From the NCBI GenBank assembly GCA_027451365.1, contig DAIDJN010000058.1, positions 96,001 through 160,000 of the forward strand: a stretch of DNA of 64,000 nt, read 5' to 3'. The stretch comes from Phycisphaerales bacterium (GTDB lineage: Bacteria; Planctomycetota; Phycisphaerae; WQYP01). Position 1 is the stretch's first letter. Every line of letters begins with the position of its first letter. Below the pieces are notes generated by a model. That model did no database searches. It saw nothing but the letters and a program-made list of their open reading frames with translations, and was not told where the DNA came from. Shown in pieces: positions 50,656-60,920 of this stretch. A program made the translations under genes and the position numbers.

Positions 50656-51252
50656 GTGGTGAATATTGGTGACAAACCTCAGGCGGATTTTTCCCAGCCT
50701 ATCGAATTAATGATGGACTGCCACCGTCGGATAGAACGATTCCTGATCAGCCTTGCGAAAGTTTCCCGGACCAGCAGTGCGGCTTCGCTGGATGACCCGC
50801 ACCGGGAAGCCCTGCGCACGGCGCTGGATTATTTCACCCAGGCTGGCCCACGGCACAATCAGGATGAGGAAGCGTCGTTATTTCCCGCATTAAAAGAATT
50901 GCATCATTCGGAAATACAGGCGGCTGTCACGAAGATTGCGGAGCTCGCCGGTGAGCATCGCCAGGCGGAGCAGATTCATAAGCGAATTGATGATCTTGGC
51001 CGCCAGTGGCTTGCGAAAGGGCGCATCGGGCCGGATGAATTGCATGAGTTCGGTGGACTGGTGGATCAGCTTATTAAACTGTACGAGCCTCATATTGCCA
51101 TGGAAGAGCGGGAGATTTTTCCACTGGCCGCCCGGATGCTTGCCCCGCAAGCAATTGCCGAAATTGGTGAACAGATGCGCCTGCGACGGATTGTCAATCC
51201 GGGGCGCGAAGGCAGCGCGTGTTCCAAGCGCCGGAAAAGCGGCCGATTTTAA
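50656..51252 (+). CDS. Hemerythrin/HHE domain protein
   Basis: DCHRRIE, HNQDEEASLFP, EHRQAE, HIAMEEREIFP. GGAG RBS. Confidence 0.88.
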   Translation: MVNIGDKPQADFSQPIELMMDCHRRIERFLISLAKVSRTSSAASLDDPHREALRTALDYFTQAGPRHNQDEEASLFPALKELHHSEIQAAVTKIAELAGEHRQAEQIHKRIDDLGRQWLAKGRIGPDELHEFGGLVDQLIKLYEPHIAMEEREIFPLAARMLAPQAIAEIGEQMRLRRIVNPGREGSACSKRRKSGRF

Positions 51253-51595
51253 GTGCGCGACGGATGGCTTGTGCCCAATGCCGATCGGCATGTTCTTTTG
51301 TCCCCGAAGGCTGCTGCGGTGCCCCGACCGCAACCCACCGATAAAATATTGGAATCAAGAAGGACGACAGAATTGTTACCCGGCCTGGCTAATGTTAAGA
51401 AAAATGGATCGCTTGGAATGTACGATATATTTTCCGGGGGCGCAACGACATTTGTTTTAATCGGACTATTTGCCCATGGTCAAAAGGCCAGTCAAAAAAT
51501 TGCGCAGGCGAGGCCATGGCTTTACGTTTTGAAAAACGGCCCGGTATTGACAGTTGATTAAAAAAAACACTGCGTCAAAAGGTTGGAGTGTCAGT

Positions 51596-51946
51596 ATGCA
51601 AAATCATATGGAAAATAAAACTCAGGACGCCGGGTGGCCGCACGGAGTTGCGGGCCTTGCGGAACTGATCAGCGTGCAGGCGGGGTCTGTTGTTAGCCGC
51701 GTGCTGCTGAAGCGAAAAACTGGCAATGTCACGCTGTTTGCGTTCGACGGTGGGCAGGAACTCAGCGAGCATACGGCCCCCTTTGACGCTTTGATTCAGG
51801 TGGTGGAGGGCGAAGCAGAAGTCAGAATTGATGGGCAGCCCCACCGTGTGTGTGTGGGCGAACTTATCCTTCTTCCCGCGGGCCACCCGCACGCAGTTCG
51901 GGCAGTTCGAGGAATGAAGATGCTGCTAACAATGGTCCGCGAGTAG
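51596..51946 (+). CDS. Cupin domain protein
   Basis: VTLFAFDGGQELSEHTAP..QVVEGE..LPAGHPHAVRA. Confidence 0.9.
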   Translation: MQNHMENKTQDAGWPHGVAGLAELISVQAGSVVSRVLLKRKTGNVTLFAFDGGQELSEHTAPFDALIQVVEGEAEVRIDGQPHRVCVGELILLPAGHPHAVRAVRGMKMLLTMVRE

Positions 51947-52058
51947 TGGGTCAAAGCAATCCGGCATTCCTGCGGGAATCAGACGCATGTACATGTGTGG
52001 AAATAGTGCTTTTTGTCTTCAAGCCGATAGCTTTTCAGAGATTGAACGCGCTGGCGAT

Positions 52059-52595
52059 CTATTCCGGATAAGTCACAATGGGTGGGCGGCCGCGCCGTCG
52101 TTTTACCCTCGCAAAATTGGTTATTTCGTGCGGTGGTGCATTGGCCGAACTCATAATGTGGCGGACTGGTATGCCCATGGCAACTTCGGCATCTGCAATC
52201 ATTCGCCGATGGCAGCGCCACCACACCGCTTCGGCGCACATCACGCATGTTCGTTCGGTTTTGCGCCACCGGTTTAGTTCTGCAAGGCCCGCCTGAAATT
52301 CCGGCGTTTGCATGTAGTCGCCGTAACCGCGAAAACTGGCATTGCGCCAGCCGGTGTTAATAGACTGCTTGATCGAATGGCGCAACCCGCCTAATGCGGA
52401 TAGATGAATGTATTGAATGCCTGCCGAGGCCAGGGCGGATTTCATGTGGTTTTTGGAGAACTGGGGAACATTGCGCGACTGCGGAATGGTTCGCACATCG
52501 ACCAGTATCTGAATTTTCCAGGTTTCTAACAAATTGACAAAATCTGACCATGGCCGGGTTGAATGTCCAACAGTGAAAAGAATTCTTTGGCCCAT
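52059..52595 (-). CDS. DUF488 family protein
   Basis: FTVGHSTR, LVDVRTIPQSR, LGGLR, MCAEAVWWRCHRRMIAD. Confidence 0.9.
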   Translation of the reverse strand: MGQRILFTVGHSTRPWSDFVNLLETWKIQILVDVRTIPQSRNVPQFSKNHMKSALASAGIQYIHLSALGGLRHSIKQSINTGWRNASFRGYGDYMQTPEFQAGLAELNRWRKTERTCVMCAEAVWWRCHRRMIADAEVAMGIPVRHIMSSANAPPHEITNFARVKRRRGRPPIVTYPE

Positions 52596-52666
52596 GATGG
52601 GGGCCTCCTTTCAGTTGGTTCGGCCGACAAACACTTAATGGCCAGGGCGGAAAGTGCGCCTGGCCG

Positions 52667-53065
52667 TTACGCCGGCGTATGCCCGAGACACACAGTCAGC
52701 AACACAAGGGCGGGGTGGGGGGCCTTGAGATCGTGTGGCACGCCGGGCGGCAGCATCAGCATCTGGCCGCTGGTAAGCGTGGTGGTGCTTTCCGCGGTCT
52801 TAACTGAAATTGTGCCTTCCAATACGTGGATGATGACGGCGGCATCGGCGGTATGCTTTTCCAATCCACCGTCAGAGTTGAACTGAAACAGCGCCACCGT
52901 CAGGCTTCCGTGGTGATACAGTGCCACCTGCCTGTGACCGTGCGTCAGGCGGACTGGCTCATGACGCAGGCGTTCGACGGCTTCATTAAGATCAACATGA
53001 TGAATCAGGCCGGCGAATCGCTGGTCCGGATGTTCGCGTAATCTTGATTCCGATGGTGTGGACAT
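52667..53065 (-). CDS. Cupin domain protein
   Basis: LEKHTAD..IHVLEG..LPPGVPHDLKA. AAGGA RBS. Confidence 0.85.
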   Translation of the reverse strand: MSTPSESRLREHPDQRFAGLIHHVDLNEAVERLRHEPVRLTHGHRQVALYHHGSLTVALFQFNSDGGLEKHTADAAVIIHVLEGTISVKTAESTTTLTSGQMLMLPPGVPHDLKAPHPALVLLTVCLGHTPA

Positions 53066-53403
53066 AAAAGAATTCCTTTATGCTGGTTTTGCCCCAAATT
53101 ACATGACCAGGTTATTGTAGGTGTTGACCGGTTGAACATCAAAGAATGCTGCGCTAAAAATAGGGGGAGAGGACGCAAGGAAATTCCTCATTTGACCAGA
53201 TACAGCATGTATATTTTGTCTAAGAGATTTGTAAGGTGAGCACAATATATGCTCAATCACCACTTTGCATCGCCGATGAAGCCGGCTGTCACGCTTAGGC
53301 CTCCACAGATTGCGATGCATGAGCACTTCAATCGCACTCCGCTGGGACTATCCTGATCGGCTGCTCGATTTGCGGCCCCCTTGCTTCGGCGGGTCGACTA
53401 AAA

Positions 53404-53474
53404 CTGGGGGACTAGGATTCGAACCTAGACAAACAGATTCAGAGTCTGCTGTGCTACCGTTACACCATCCCCCA
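53404..53474 (-). tRNA. tRNA-Gln(CTG)
   Basis: Minus strand TGGGGGA..GCAGA-CTCTGAA-TCTGT..CTAGG-TTCGAAT-CCTAG-TCCCCCA-G. Confidence 0.96.
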
Positions 53475-53774
53475 AGGAGTGGCAACTTTTTACGATTTTA
53501 ATCAACTTTTGTCTCACCCACAAGCCGCCATTTTCGATGCGGGTCTGCCGATTTTCTGGGGGAGGGTCAAAATGGGTGGAGGGGGCAGGCCGCAATCGGG
53601 ACGGTTTCGGAAAAAAATAGGAAGACCGCGTGCAGGTCTGGAGACCTAATCTGCAATTTGTCGACCGAGGTGCTGGAATATCAATTGGCGGACGCGTTGC
53701 CCCCAAACGCGGCGGTTCCGGCTGGCACTTGTTGGAACGGGCAGGCTGCGGCTATATTAGTGACTTGGAAAATC

Positions 53775-53858
53775 GCCCGGGTGGCGAAATTGGCAGACGC
53801 GCCAGCTTGAGGTGCTGGTGGGCGCAAGCTCTTGCAGGTTCGAATCCTGTCCCGGGCA
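53775..53858 (+). tRNA. tRNA-Leu(GAG)
   Basis: GCCCGGG/CCCGGGC acceptor, CCAGC-TTGAGGT-GCTGG anticodon arm, long variable arm, GGTTCGAATCC. Confidence 0.96.
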
Positions 53859-54044
53859 ATGATAATTTCGTAATTATCGGCGACAGTTATTAATACCGGC
53901 GCGATCGATGCGAGAATCAGGGGGAAATCGGTTGCTTAAGCCGCCTTCAGCGGGATTTAAGAGTTATGAGGGGAACGGTTAAGCCCTTGTTTGCCCGTAT
54001 GTTCCACTTTCCGGTCGATAATCGGCCACGGAATTCTTAAATTT

Positions 54045-54581
54045 ATGGCCAAGGCAATGCACCACAATACAGGCGGCGGGGGGGGCAAAGGCAAGAAGGT
54101 GCCGGCCGCAGCGGCGGAGGCTCGGCAGATCAAGCTTTCTCCGCGAATTGAAAACCGCCGCGCCCATCATGATTATCACGTCCTCGAAAAATGGGAAGCC
54201 GGGATTTCTCTTGTGGGCAGCGAAGTAAAAAGCGTGCGACTTGGCCGGGTTCAATTGGCTGGCTCGTTTGCGATTTTGCGCGACGGCAAAATAACGCTGA
54301 TGGGCTGCCATATCGAAGAATATGAGCAGGCCAATCAATTTAATCACGATCCGACTCGCAATCGCAGTTTGCTCCTGCATCGGAGGGAAATTCTGCGCAT
54401 TTCGCATCATATGGCCAAACAGCCGGGAACCACTTTGATTCCGCTGGCAATCTATTTTCAGCGCGGCTATGCCAAGGTGCTGCTGGCGCTGGCAATCGGC
54501 AAAGCGCAGTTCGACAAACGGCAGGACATTAAAAAGCGCGATGCCCAGCGAGCCATGGACCGGGCTATCCGCCGCCGCTGA
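54045..54581 (+). CDS. smpB: SsrA-binding protein SmpB
   Basis: NRRAHHDY, EAGISLVGSEVKS, NHDPTRNRSLLLHRREI, GKAQFDKRQDIKKRD. Confidence 0.96.
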   Translation: MAKAMHHNTGGGGGKGKKVPAAAAEARQIKLSPRIENRRAHHDYHVLEKWEAGISLVGSEVKSVRLGRVQLAGSFAILRDGKITLMGCHIEEYEQANQFNHDPTRNRSLLLHRREILRISHHMAKQPGTTLIPLAIYFQRGYAKVLLALAIGKAQFDKRQDIKKRDAQRAMDRAIRRR

Positions 54582-54625
54582 TTTCGAGCGGTCTTTCCGG
54601 GCCGTCGCATCGTCCCTCCGGGCGT

Positions 54626-55633
54626 TCACAAGAGACGCGGATTGGTGCAGAAATTTACTATTGGGCGACAGGTTTGCTGTTGCTGCTGCACCTGTTCGTC
54701 CAGCATTCCCAGGGCGTATTGGCCGCTGATATTTCCATTTAGAACCGGCACATCCAGCGGAAGCACGCGTTCACCAACCAGCCGGTTGGAAACTTCTGCC
54801 AGTTCTTCGGTATTCACTTCAACTTTCATCGTTTCTTTGGCGTTGCTGCGGTATACACCCCGGTGGGGAGGCACATCGCGGTAGTGGCGACCGACCGCTA
54901 TCTTAACAAAATTTTCTCCGGTGGCGCAGCCGTTGGTGGGGTCAAAACCGATCCAGCCGATCGAGGGAAAGAAAACCTCAACCCACGCATGGGTTTGTGA
55001 TGCACCACGGTAGCCGCGGTGGCCGGCGTAAATAAACCCGCTTACATAGCGTGCCGGCACGCCCAGCTTTCGGAGCAGGGCAATCATCAGATGCGTAAAG
55101 TCCTGGCAGACTCCGCCCCCATGTTTCAACACGTCGGCAATAGTAGACGTTGCGGTGGTGATGCCTTGTTCATAGCGAAAGTCGCGGCCGATCATGCCGA
55201 CAATTCCCAGGACAAGTTCATGCAGGGGCGAACCACGCTCAGGCGTCATTTTTTTGGTCAGGGCTTCGAGTTCCCCGCAATCGGCTACCGGGTCCTGTAG
55301 TTGCAGAAAATCAAAAAGAGTGTAATCCAAGCCGGATTCCAGCGGCCAGCGGTCTGTAACTGCGGGCAGTTCAATGGTTCGCCGGGCGGTATCCACCACG
55401 CTGACAGCGATAATCTTAATACGGCGGTGCAGGCCGTTAATCGAAAATGTATGTACTGTGTTGCCCAGCCAGTCGAAATAGTTGCGAATCTGCGATGGCG
55501 GCCCTACGCTCAAGTCAAACGATAGCCGGTGCTGGCGCTGTTCCTGGCGGGGTGCCATGCGCAATTCCATAACGGTTTCGGCAATCAAACCGGAGTATTC
55601 GAGTTCAGTTACATGGGTCGTTTTCAGAAGCAT
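54626..55633 (-). CDS. Transglutaminase family protein (bacterial transglutaminase N-domain + core)
   Basis: Catalytic triad GVCQDFTH / HAWVE / FDPTN; PARYVSG; AVGRHYRDVPP; poly-Q near the C-terminus. Confidence 0.9.
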   Translation of the reverse strand: MLLKTTHVTELEYSGLIAETVMELRMAPRQEQRQHRLSFDLSVGPPSQIRNYFDWLGNTVHTFSINGLHRRIKIIAVSVVDTARRTIELPAVTDRWPLESGLDYTLFDFLQLQDPVADCGELEALTKKMTPERGSPLHELVLGIVGMIGRDFRYEQGITTATSTIADVLKHGGGVCQDFTHLMIALLRKLGVPARYVSGFIYAGHRGYRGASQTHAWVEVFFPSIGWIGFDPTNGCATGENFVKIAVGRHYRDVPPHRGVYRSNAKETMKVEVNTEELAEVSNRLVGERVLPLDVPVLNGNISGQYALGMLDEQVQQQQQTCRPIVNFCTNPRLL

Positions 55634-55637
55634 TGTG

Positions 55638-56732
55638 TCACCTTATGGCAAGGACCGGAGATCCATTGGATGTCGCCGGGGAAGAATTCGGCGGGCTTCC
55701 CGGTCGCATGAGCCATTGTTCCTGCACCGCAATAGCCGCCTGAGAGGCACCGGCGCGAATTTCCTCTATGAAGGTCAGCAGGTCGTCATGCGGGCGCGGC
55801 AGAATCTGAGAATATTGCAGGTCCGCGTATAGCCGGCCCAGAATGCGCTGGGCTTCACGACCGGTATCAGCCACCAGCATGGTGCGGATCTGGTCCACAG
55901 ATTCCAGGGCGGCGCGCACGCAGAAATGCACGCTGCGGGGAATGGCGGCTTCAAAAATAATGAAGGTGGCCACGCGGGTCGGGTCCACTTCGCCAAGGTT
56001 GGCGCGGCGGTAGGCTTCAATGCAGCAGCAGGTCCGCAGAACCGCCATCCAATGAATGACCCGCAGCGGTTCTTCCATCGATCCGTCCACGCGGGCCAGT
56101 GTGGAGCATTTGGCCGCAAGTATGCGGCAGGTAATATCCACGCGTTCGAGGTAGCGGGCCAGGCCGATGAACAGCCATGCCTGGCCATGTTCCATGGTCT
56201 GGTCGGTCAGGCCCTGAAACAACAGCGACCCGGTCATGACATGCCGGAGAATCTCCTGGGGTGAATCGTTGAGTCTGGCATCGGTTTCCGGTGAAAGCAT
56301 CATCCAATAAAGTGTGTTGATATGTTCCCACATTTCATTGGAAATCTGTTCGCGAATGCCGCGGGCGTTTTCGCGGGCCTTGGTGACACAGTTAATAAGA
56401 CTGCCCGGGTTCTGGCGGTCCATTACCATATAACGTGTGATAGCGGTCACGATTTTTTCAGGCGGGCTGCCGGGCGTGGCCAGTTCATTAAGCATGTATT
56501 CGCACTGCGTGATGCGCAGCACATCGCCCGCGACCTGGCGGGCGAATTCCTCATCCACGCCGCCGGCCCCGGTCAATACATCATTGCTGACCAGCAGAAT
56601 TCGGGCGATCTGTTCGGCCCGTTCAATATAGCGTCCCATCCAGTAGCCGGAGTCGGCCACCCGGGCCAGCAGGGCCCGTCCGATCGCGGGTCGGCTGTCA
56701 CCGGGACCTCTGCGGAAATTCTCGACGTGCAT
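55638..56732 (-). CDS. Alpha-E domain protein
   Basis: RVADSGYWMGRYIERAE, ARENARGIREQIS.EMW, RYLERVD, IPRSVHFC. Confidence 0.9.
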   Translation of the reverse strand: MHVENFRRGPGDSRPAIGRALLARVADSGYWMGRYIERAEQIARILLVSNDVLTGAGGVDEEFARQVAGDVLRITQCEYMLNELATPGSPPEKIVTAITRYMVMDRQNPGSLINCVTKARENARGIREQISNEMWEHINTLYWMMLSPETDARLNDSPQEILRHVMTGSLLFQGLTDQTMEHGQAWLFIGLARYLERVDITCRILAAKCSTLARVDGSMEEPLRVIHWMAVLRTCCCIEAYRRANLGEVDPTRVATFIIFEAAIPRSVHFCVRAALESVDQIRTMLVADTGREAQRILGRLYADLQYSQILPRPHDDLLTFIEEIRAGASQAAIAVQEQWLMRPGSPPNSSPATSNGSPVLAIR

Positions 56733-56734
56733 GG

Positions 56735-58168
56735 TCAATTCTCCTCTAAAACCCAGGTGTCTTTGCTGCCGCCGCCCTGGGAGCTGTTCACCACAAGGCT
56801 GCCCTTTTTCAGAGCCACGCGCGTCAGGCCGCCGGGCATAATGACGGTTTTCTGGCCGCAAAGGATATAGGGGCGCAGGTCTATACGGCGTCCTTCAAAG
56901 CGCGAATCGACCAGGCTGGGGTGCTGGCTTAACTGAATCACCGGCTGGGCGATAAAATTTCGCGGATCATGGCGGATTTTATCGGCGAATTCCGCCCGCT
57001 CTTGCGCGGTGGCCTGGTGGCCCATCAGCATGCCGTAGCCGCCGGCTTCGTTGGTGGATTTCACGACCAGTTCATGCAGGTGTTCCAGTACATATTGACA
57101 GTCGTTTGGACGTGCGCAAATATATGTGTGGACATTTTTAAGAAGAGGTTCTTCCTTCAGATAAAAACGGATCATGTCCGGCAGGAACGGATACACGGCT
57201 TTGTCATCACACACGCCTGTGCCGACCGAATTTGCCAGACCTATATTTCCCAGGCGATAGGCATTCATAAGCCCCGGAACGCCCAGCATGCTGTCTGGCC
57301 GGAAGCAGAGCGGGTCCAGGAAGTCGTCATCTACGCGGCGGTAAATGACATCCACCCGTTTTAGGCCGGCGGTGGTGCGCATATAGACATAATTCTGCTC
57401 CACCAGCAGATCGCGGCCTTCCACCAGTTCCAGGCCCATCTGCCGGGCCAGAAAACTGTGTTCGTAATAGGCGGAATTAAATACGCCCGGCGTGAGGACA
57501 ACCACATTGGGGTTGTCGTTCTGATGCGGAGCCAGGTATTTAAGGCTCTGAAGAAGATTGTGCGGATAATCCTCTATTGCCCGGACATGGGCACTTTCAA
57601 ACAGGACCGGGAAAACGCGCTTCATAATGGCGCGGTTTTCCAGAACGTAAGAAACGCCGCTGGGTGTGCGGCAATTGTCCTCCAGCACCAGATATTCACC
57701 GGCTTTGTCACGAATAAGGTCCGTGCCGCAAATGGTGATATACAGCCCTTTGGGAACATCGACCCCCATCATTTCGCGGCGGAACATTTTGGCGCCGTAA
57801 ATCAGATCTGGCTCGATAATGTTTTCCCGCAGAATGCGCTGCTGGTGGTAAATATCGTGGCAGAACATGTTCAGTGCGGTAATGCGCTGCACGAGGCCTT
57901 TTTCAATAGTGGCCCATTCCGCCGCTGGAATAATGCGCGGCATCAGATCAAAGGGGAAGATTTTCTCCACCCCCTGGGCGTCTTTGTAGACAGTAAAGGT
58001 GATGCCCTGGTTACGAAAGCAGAGGTCCGCCATTTTGCGGCGCTGTTGAAGCGAATTTTCGCCTAGAGCGTTGATGCGGTGAAGCAAAGCAGCATAATGC
58101 GGCCGTGTCTTGCCTGGGCTTTCGAACATCTCGTCGAAAAGCCCGTCCAGTTGATATTCCTCAAACAT
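56735..58168 (-). CDS. Circularly permuted type 2 ATP-grasp protein
   Basis: [72 protein letters not shown]. Confidence 0.93.
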   Translation of the reverse strand: MFEEYQLDGLFDEMFESPGKTRPHYAALLHRINALGENSLQQRRKMADLCFRNQGITFTVYKDAQGVEKIFPFDLMPRIIPAAEWATIEKGLVQRITALNMFCHDIYHQQRILRENIIEPDLIYGAKMFRREMMGVDVPKGLYITICGTDLIRDKAGEYLVLEDNCRTPSGVSYVLENRAIMKRVFPVLFESAHVRAIEDYPHNLLQSLKYLAPHQNDNPNVVVLTPGVFNSAYYEHSFLARQMGLELVEGRDLLVEQNYVYMRTTAGLKRVDVIYRRVDDDFLDPLCFRPDSMLGVPGLMNAYRLGNIGLANSVGTGVCDDKAVYPFLPDMIRFYLKEEPLLKNVHTYICARPNDCQYVLEHLHELVVKSTNEAGGYGMLMGHQATAQERAEFADKIRHDPRNFIAQPVIQLSQHPSLVDSRFEGRRIDLRPYILCGQKTVIMPGGLTRVALKKGSLVVNSSQGGGSKDTWVLEEN

Positions 58169-58498
58169 AGGAAGCCAGTCCTGCAAAATCGCATACCAGC
58201 CTCCGCCGCTGGAGATTATGCGCTATTGCAGGTGGTTTATGCAAGTTGAAGATCGACCGCATGCGATTAGATTCAAGACAACACCCATGTTCGCGAATAT
58301 AAGCCGCATAAATAGGCGACTGCGCAAAAAGTGGCTTATTTTTATTTAACCTGCGCGTCATATAAGCGGACGCCTTTTCCGGGCGATGCCGCCCGGGTGT
58401 CGCTCCTATGTTTGGTCGTTACGTTTAGGCACGGGCAGACCGGCGGAATTCAGAATACTCCTGCATTGATTTGTCGCCATGCGGAATGTCGGCGTATT

Positions 58499-59719
58499 TC
58501 AGGTGGGTTCCGCAAGTTGTCGCAAAACTTGAATGCCCGCCTCAATTTTTGCATCGCTGGTCGCATAACTGATGCGGAAATGCGAATCGCGGCTGCTGAA
58601 CACATTGCCGGGAATGATCAACAGATTTTTTTCCACCGCGCGCCGCGAGAATTCAGTTCCCGTTTCTTTTCCCGGAACTTTGGGAAACAAATAGAACGCC
58701 CCGTCGGGAGCGTTGATATCGAACCGGTCGGAAAGGGCCGCAACCATTCGGTCGCGTTTTCTGCGGTATGCGTCAATGTGCGCGGACATGTCCACACCGC
58801 CGTTGTGCAGCAGTTCCAGGGCGCTGTATTGCGCCGGCGAAGGCGCGCAGACAAACGTGTATTGCTGGAGTTTGCTCATTTGTTCAATAAGTGCGGCGGG
58901 CCCGGCCGCGTAGCCAAGTCGCCAGCCGGTCATGGCATAAGTTTTAGAATAGCCTTTAAGCAAAATACACTGGTCCGGCAGGAGTGATGCAATGCTTTCA
59001 TGTTTTTGATAGCAGAAGGCATCATAAATTTCGTCGCTCAACACCAGCAGGTTATGGCGCCGGGCTATGTCCGCTGCGGCGCGCAGTTCGGATGCTGTCA
59101 GCGCGATGCCTGTGGGATTATTCGGCGAACAGAGTACCAGCATTTTGGTGCGTGGCGTAATTGCGGCCTCCAGCCGTTCCGGATGCAGGCGAAAATCCGG
59201 ATAACTGTCCACGGCAACCGGGACAGCGCCAATCAGCCGCGGCAAATGCTTGTACATCACAAAATATGGATCAAGAAAAAGGACTTCATCGCCCGGATCC
59301 AAAGCGGCAAACATAGCCAGCATAATGCCGCCCGACGTTCCGGAAAGCACCAGCACGCCAGGGTCTTGCCAGCCGGTGGTTGAAAGAACTTGCTGTTTAA
59401 TAAGGCTGACAAGTTCGCCGATTCCCTGGGTGGGCGTATAGCGATTTTTGCCAGCGCGAATGGCGGCAATGGCTTTTTCCTTTATTTGATCCGGGACGTC
59501 AAAATCCGGCTGGCCGATGGAAAAATTAATCGGGTCAGTGAGTTTGGCTGCCAGATCAAACACCCGGCGAATGCCCGATGCATCGACTGCCTGTGCCCGC
59601 TGGGAAATGGCATTATGCGCATTAAAAGGCTTGGTCGGAACCCCGGAGGCGGTCCATGAAGCCGTTACCGGGTGCCGGGAATCGGGTGTCGCGGGGGGCG
59701 GAGAATCGTGCGTGGGCAT
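58499..59719 (-). CDS. PLP-dependent aminotransferase class I/II
   Basis: SIGQPDF, CSPNNPTG, SDEIY, GYSKTYAMTGWRLGY, FRISYA. Confidence 0.93.
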   Translation of the reverse strand: MPTHDSPPPATPDSRHPVTASWTASGVPTKPFNAHNAISQRAQAVDASGIRRVFDLAAKLTDPINFSIGQPDFDVPDQIKEKAIAAIRAGKNRYTPTQGIGELVSLIKQQVLSTTGWQDPGVLVLSGTSGGIMLAMFAALDPGDEVLFLDPYFVMYKHLPRLIGAVPVAVDSYPDFRLHPERLEAAITPRTKMLVLCSPNNPTGIALTASELRAAADIARRHNLLVLSDEIYDAFCYQKHESIASLLPDQCILLKGYSKTYAMTGWRLGYAAGPAALIEQMSKLQQYTFVCAPSPAQYSALELLHNGGVDMSAHIDAYRRKRDRMVAALSDRFDINAPDGAFYLFPKVPGKETGTEFSRRAVEKNLLIIPGNVFSSRDSHFRISYATSDAKIEAGIQVLRQLAEPT

Positions 59720-59840
59720 TGTAAGGAGGCCTTTCCATATAGTCTTTAATGTGTCGTTAACATCCGGCCTCGGTGCCGCTTTGGCGACCCGCCTGCGGCC
59801 GGAACAGTATTGTACCCTGATATTCCATTGAGGGGCAGAT

Positions 59841-60803
59841 TCATGTTTCGCGGCAAAGGGTGAACAGACATACCTCCGGCGGGCAGCGCAAGCGAATAGG
59901 AATCGTAGAGCCAATCCCGCGGCTTACATATAGAGTTTGAACGCCCGCAACCGGATGTGAAAAATGATAGGTGCCACCAATCCATTCCCGATGTTCCACC
60001 GGGACAAACAGTGGGCCGAATCCGGGTACCACCACCTGTCCGCCATGGGTATGGCCGCTGAGCATCCAATGCCATGGATAATCGCGCAGAATCGTCAGTC
60101 CATCCGGATTGTGCTGAAGACAGATGCACGGTTCGCCCGGTATGACACCGGAAAATGCGGCCGCCGGGTCGGCATTGCCGGTCCAGAGTTCATCCATGCC
60201 GACGATCCAAATTCTGCCATTGCCACGACGAATTGCCACATTGCGGTTGCAGAGCAAATTGACACCTTTGTCGCGCAAAAGCGTGCGAAGCCGCTTGTGA
60301 ATTGCGCGGTGGCTGGAGCGCTTCCCCACATGCCGCCAGGAATATTCATGATAATCATGGTTACCGAAACAGGCCTGCACGCCATCAGGCGCGGACAGCA
60401 GTGGCAGCAATTCAGCGAGGGCGGTCAGTCCGGCGGGAAGGTAATCCATCAGATCCCCGGTGATTAAAATAAGATCGGGTCTGTTCTGCATGGCGGCGTT
60501 TAGAACACGCTTCAGGTAACTTTGACGCGTGGCACCGGCGTGCAGGTCGGTCAGGTGCAGAATTTTATACCCTTCCAATTCGCGTGGAAGGCGGCCGAGT
60601 GGCATGACTCGTTTTTCTAGTGTCCAGCGGTAGGGTGCAATCAGCCTCGGCCATAGCATTGCGGTAAGGCCAATATGTCCAAGACGTTTGATCCAAGGTC
60701 CGATTATGTCGTGGCTGAAAATAAAGCGCTCAAAAGGGCGGTTGCGCAAAGCGTGCCGGGTATCAAACTGTGGCGTGTAGCGCTTTCGGTGGCGACGCAT
60801 CAT
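59841..60803 (-). CDS. Metallophosphoesterase (YkuE-like)
   Basis: TDLH, TGD, GNHD, HNPD, SGHTHGGQ, VSRGIG. Confidence 0.9.
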   Translation of the reverse strand: MMRRHRKRYTPQFDTRHALRNRPFERFIFSHDIIGPWIKRLGHIGLTAMLWPRLIAPYRWTLEKRVMPLGRLPRELEGYKILHLTDLHAGATRQSYLKRVLNAAMQNRPDLILITGDLMDYLPAGLTALAELLPLLSAPDGVQACFGNHDYHEYSWRHVGKRSSHRAIHKRLRTLLRDKGVNLLCNRNVAIRRGNGRIWIVGMDELWTGNADPAAAFSGVIPGEPCICLQHNPDGLTILRDYPWHWMLSGHTHGGQVVVPGFGPLFVPVEHREWIGGTYHFSHPVAGVQTLYVSRGIGSTIPIRLRCPPEVCLFTLCRET

Positions 60804-60852
60804 AAAAAAGAAGTTTGGCGTGGGGGCTGACGTTTGGCAATAGCGGTGGTCA

Positions 60853-60912
60853 ATTGACACTCAATCTCAACTAGCGTATAAAATTAAGATTGTATTGAGA
60901 CTCATTCTCAAT
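60853..60912 (+). promoter_or_regulatory. Sigma70 promoter with two Fur-like boxes upstream of the FTR1 iron permease
   Basis: TTGACA (60854-59), 17-bp spacer, TATAAA (60877-82). Palindromes ATTGACACTCAATCTCAAC (60853-71) and ATTGAGACTCATTCTCAAT (60894-912). Confidence 0.75.
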
Positions 60913-60920
60913 TATAGGAG

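Noticed and set aside
50192..50662. 156-aa ORF upstream of the hemerythrin gene (also 51253-51561)
   Set aside because: No recognisable domain or RBS; both overlap probable promoter regions.
17155..53403. One large genomic island between the 3' ends of tRNA-Ala and tRNA-Gln
   Set aside because: No integrase or clear att duplication was found, and the span contains the core gene gpmI.
53860..54045. tmRNA adjacent to smpB
   Set aside because: The gap is too short and has no tRNA-like ssrA ends or tag frame.
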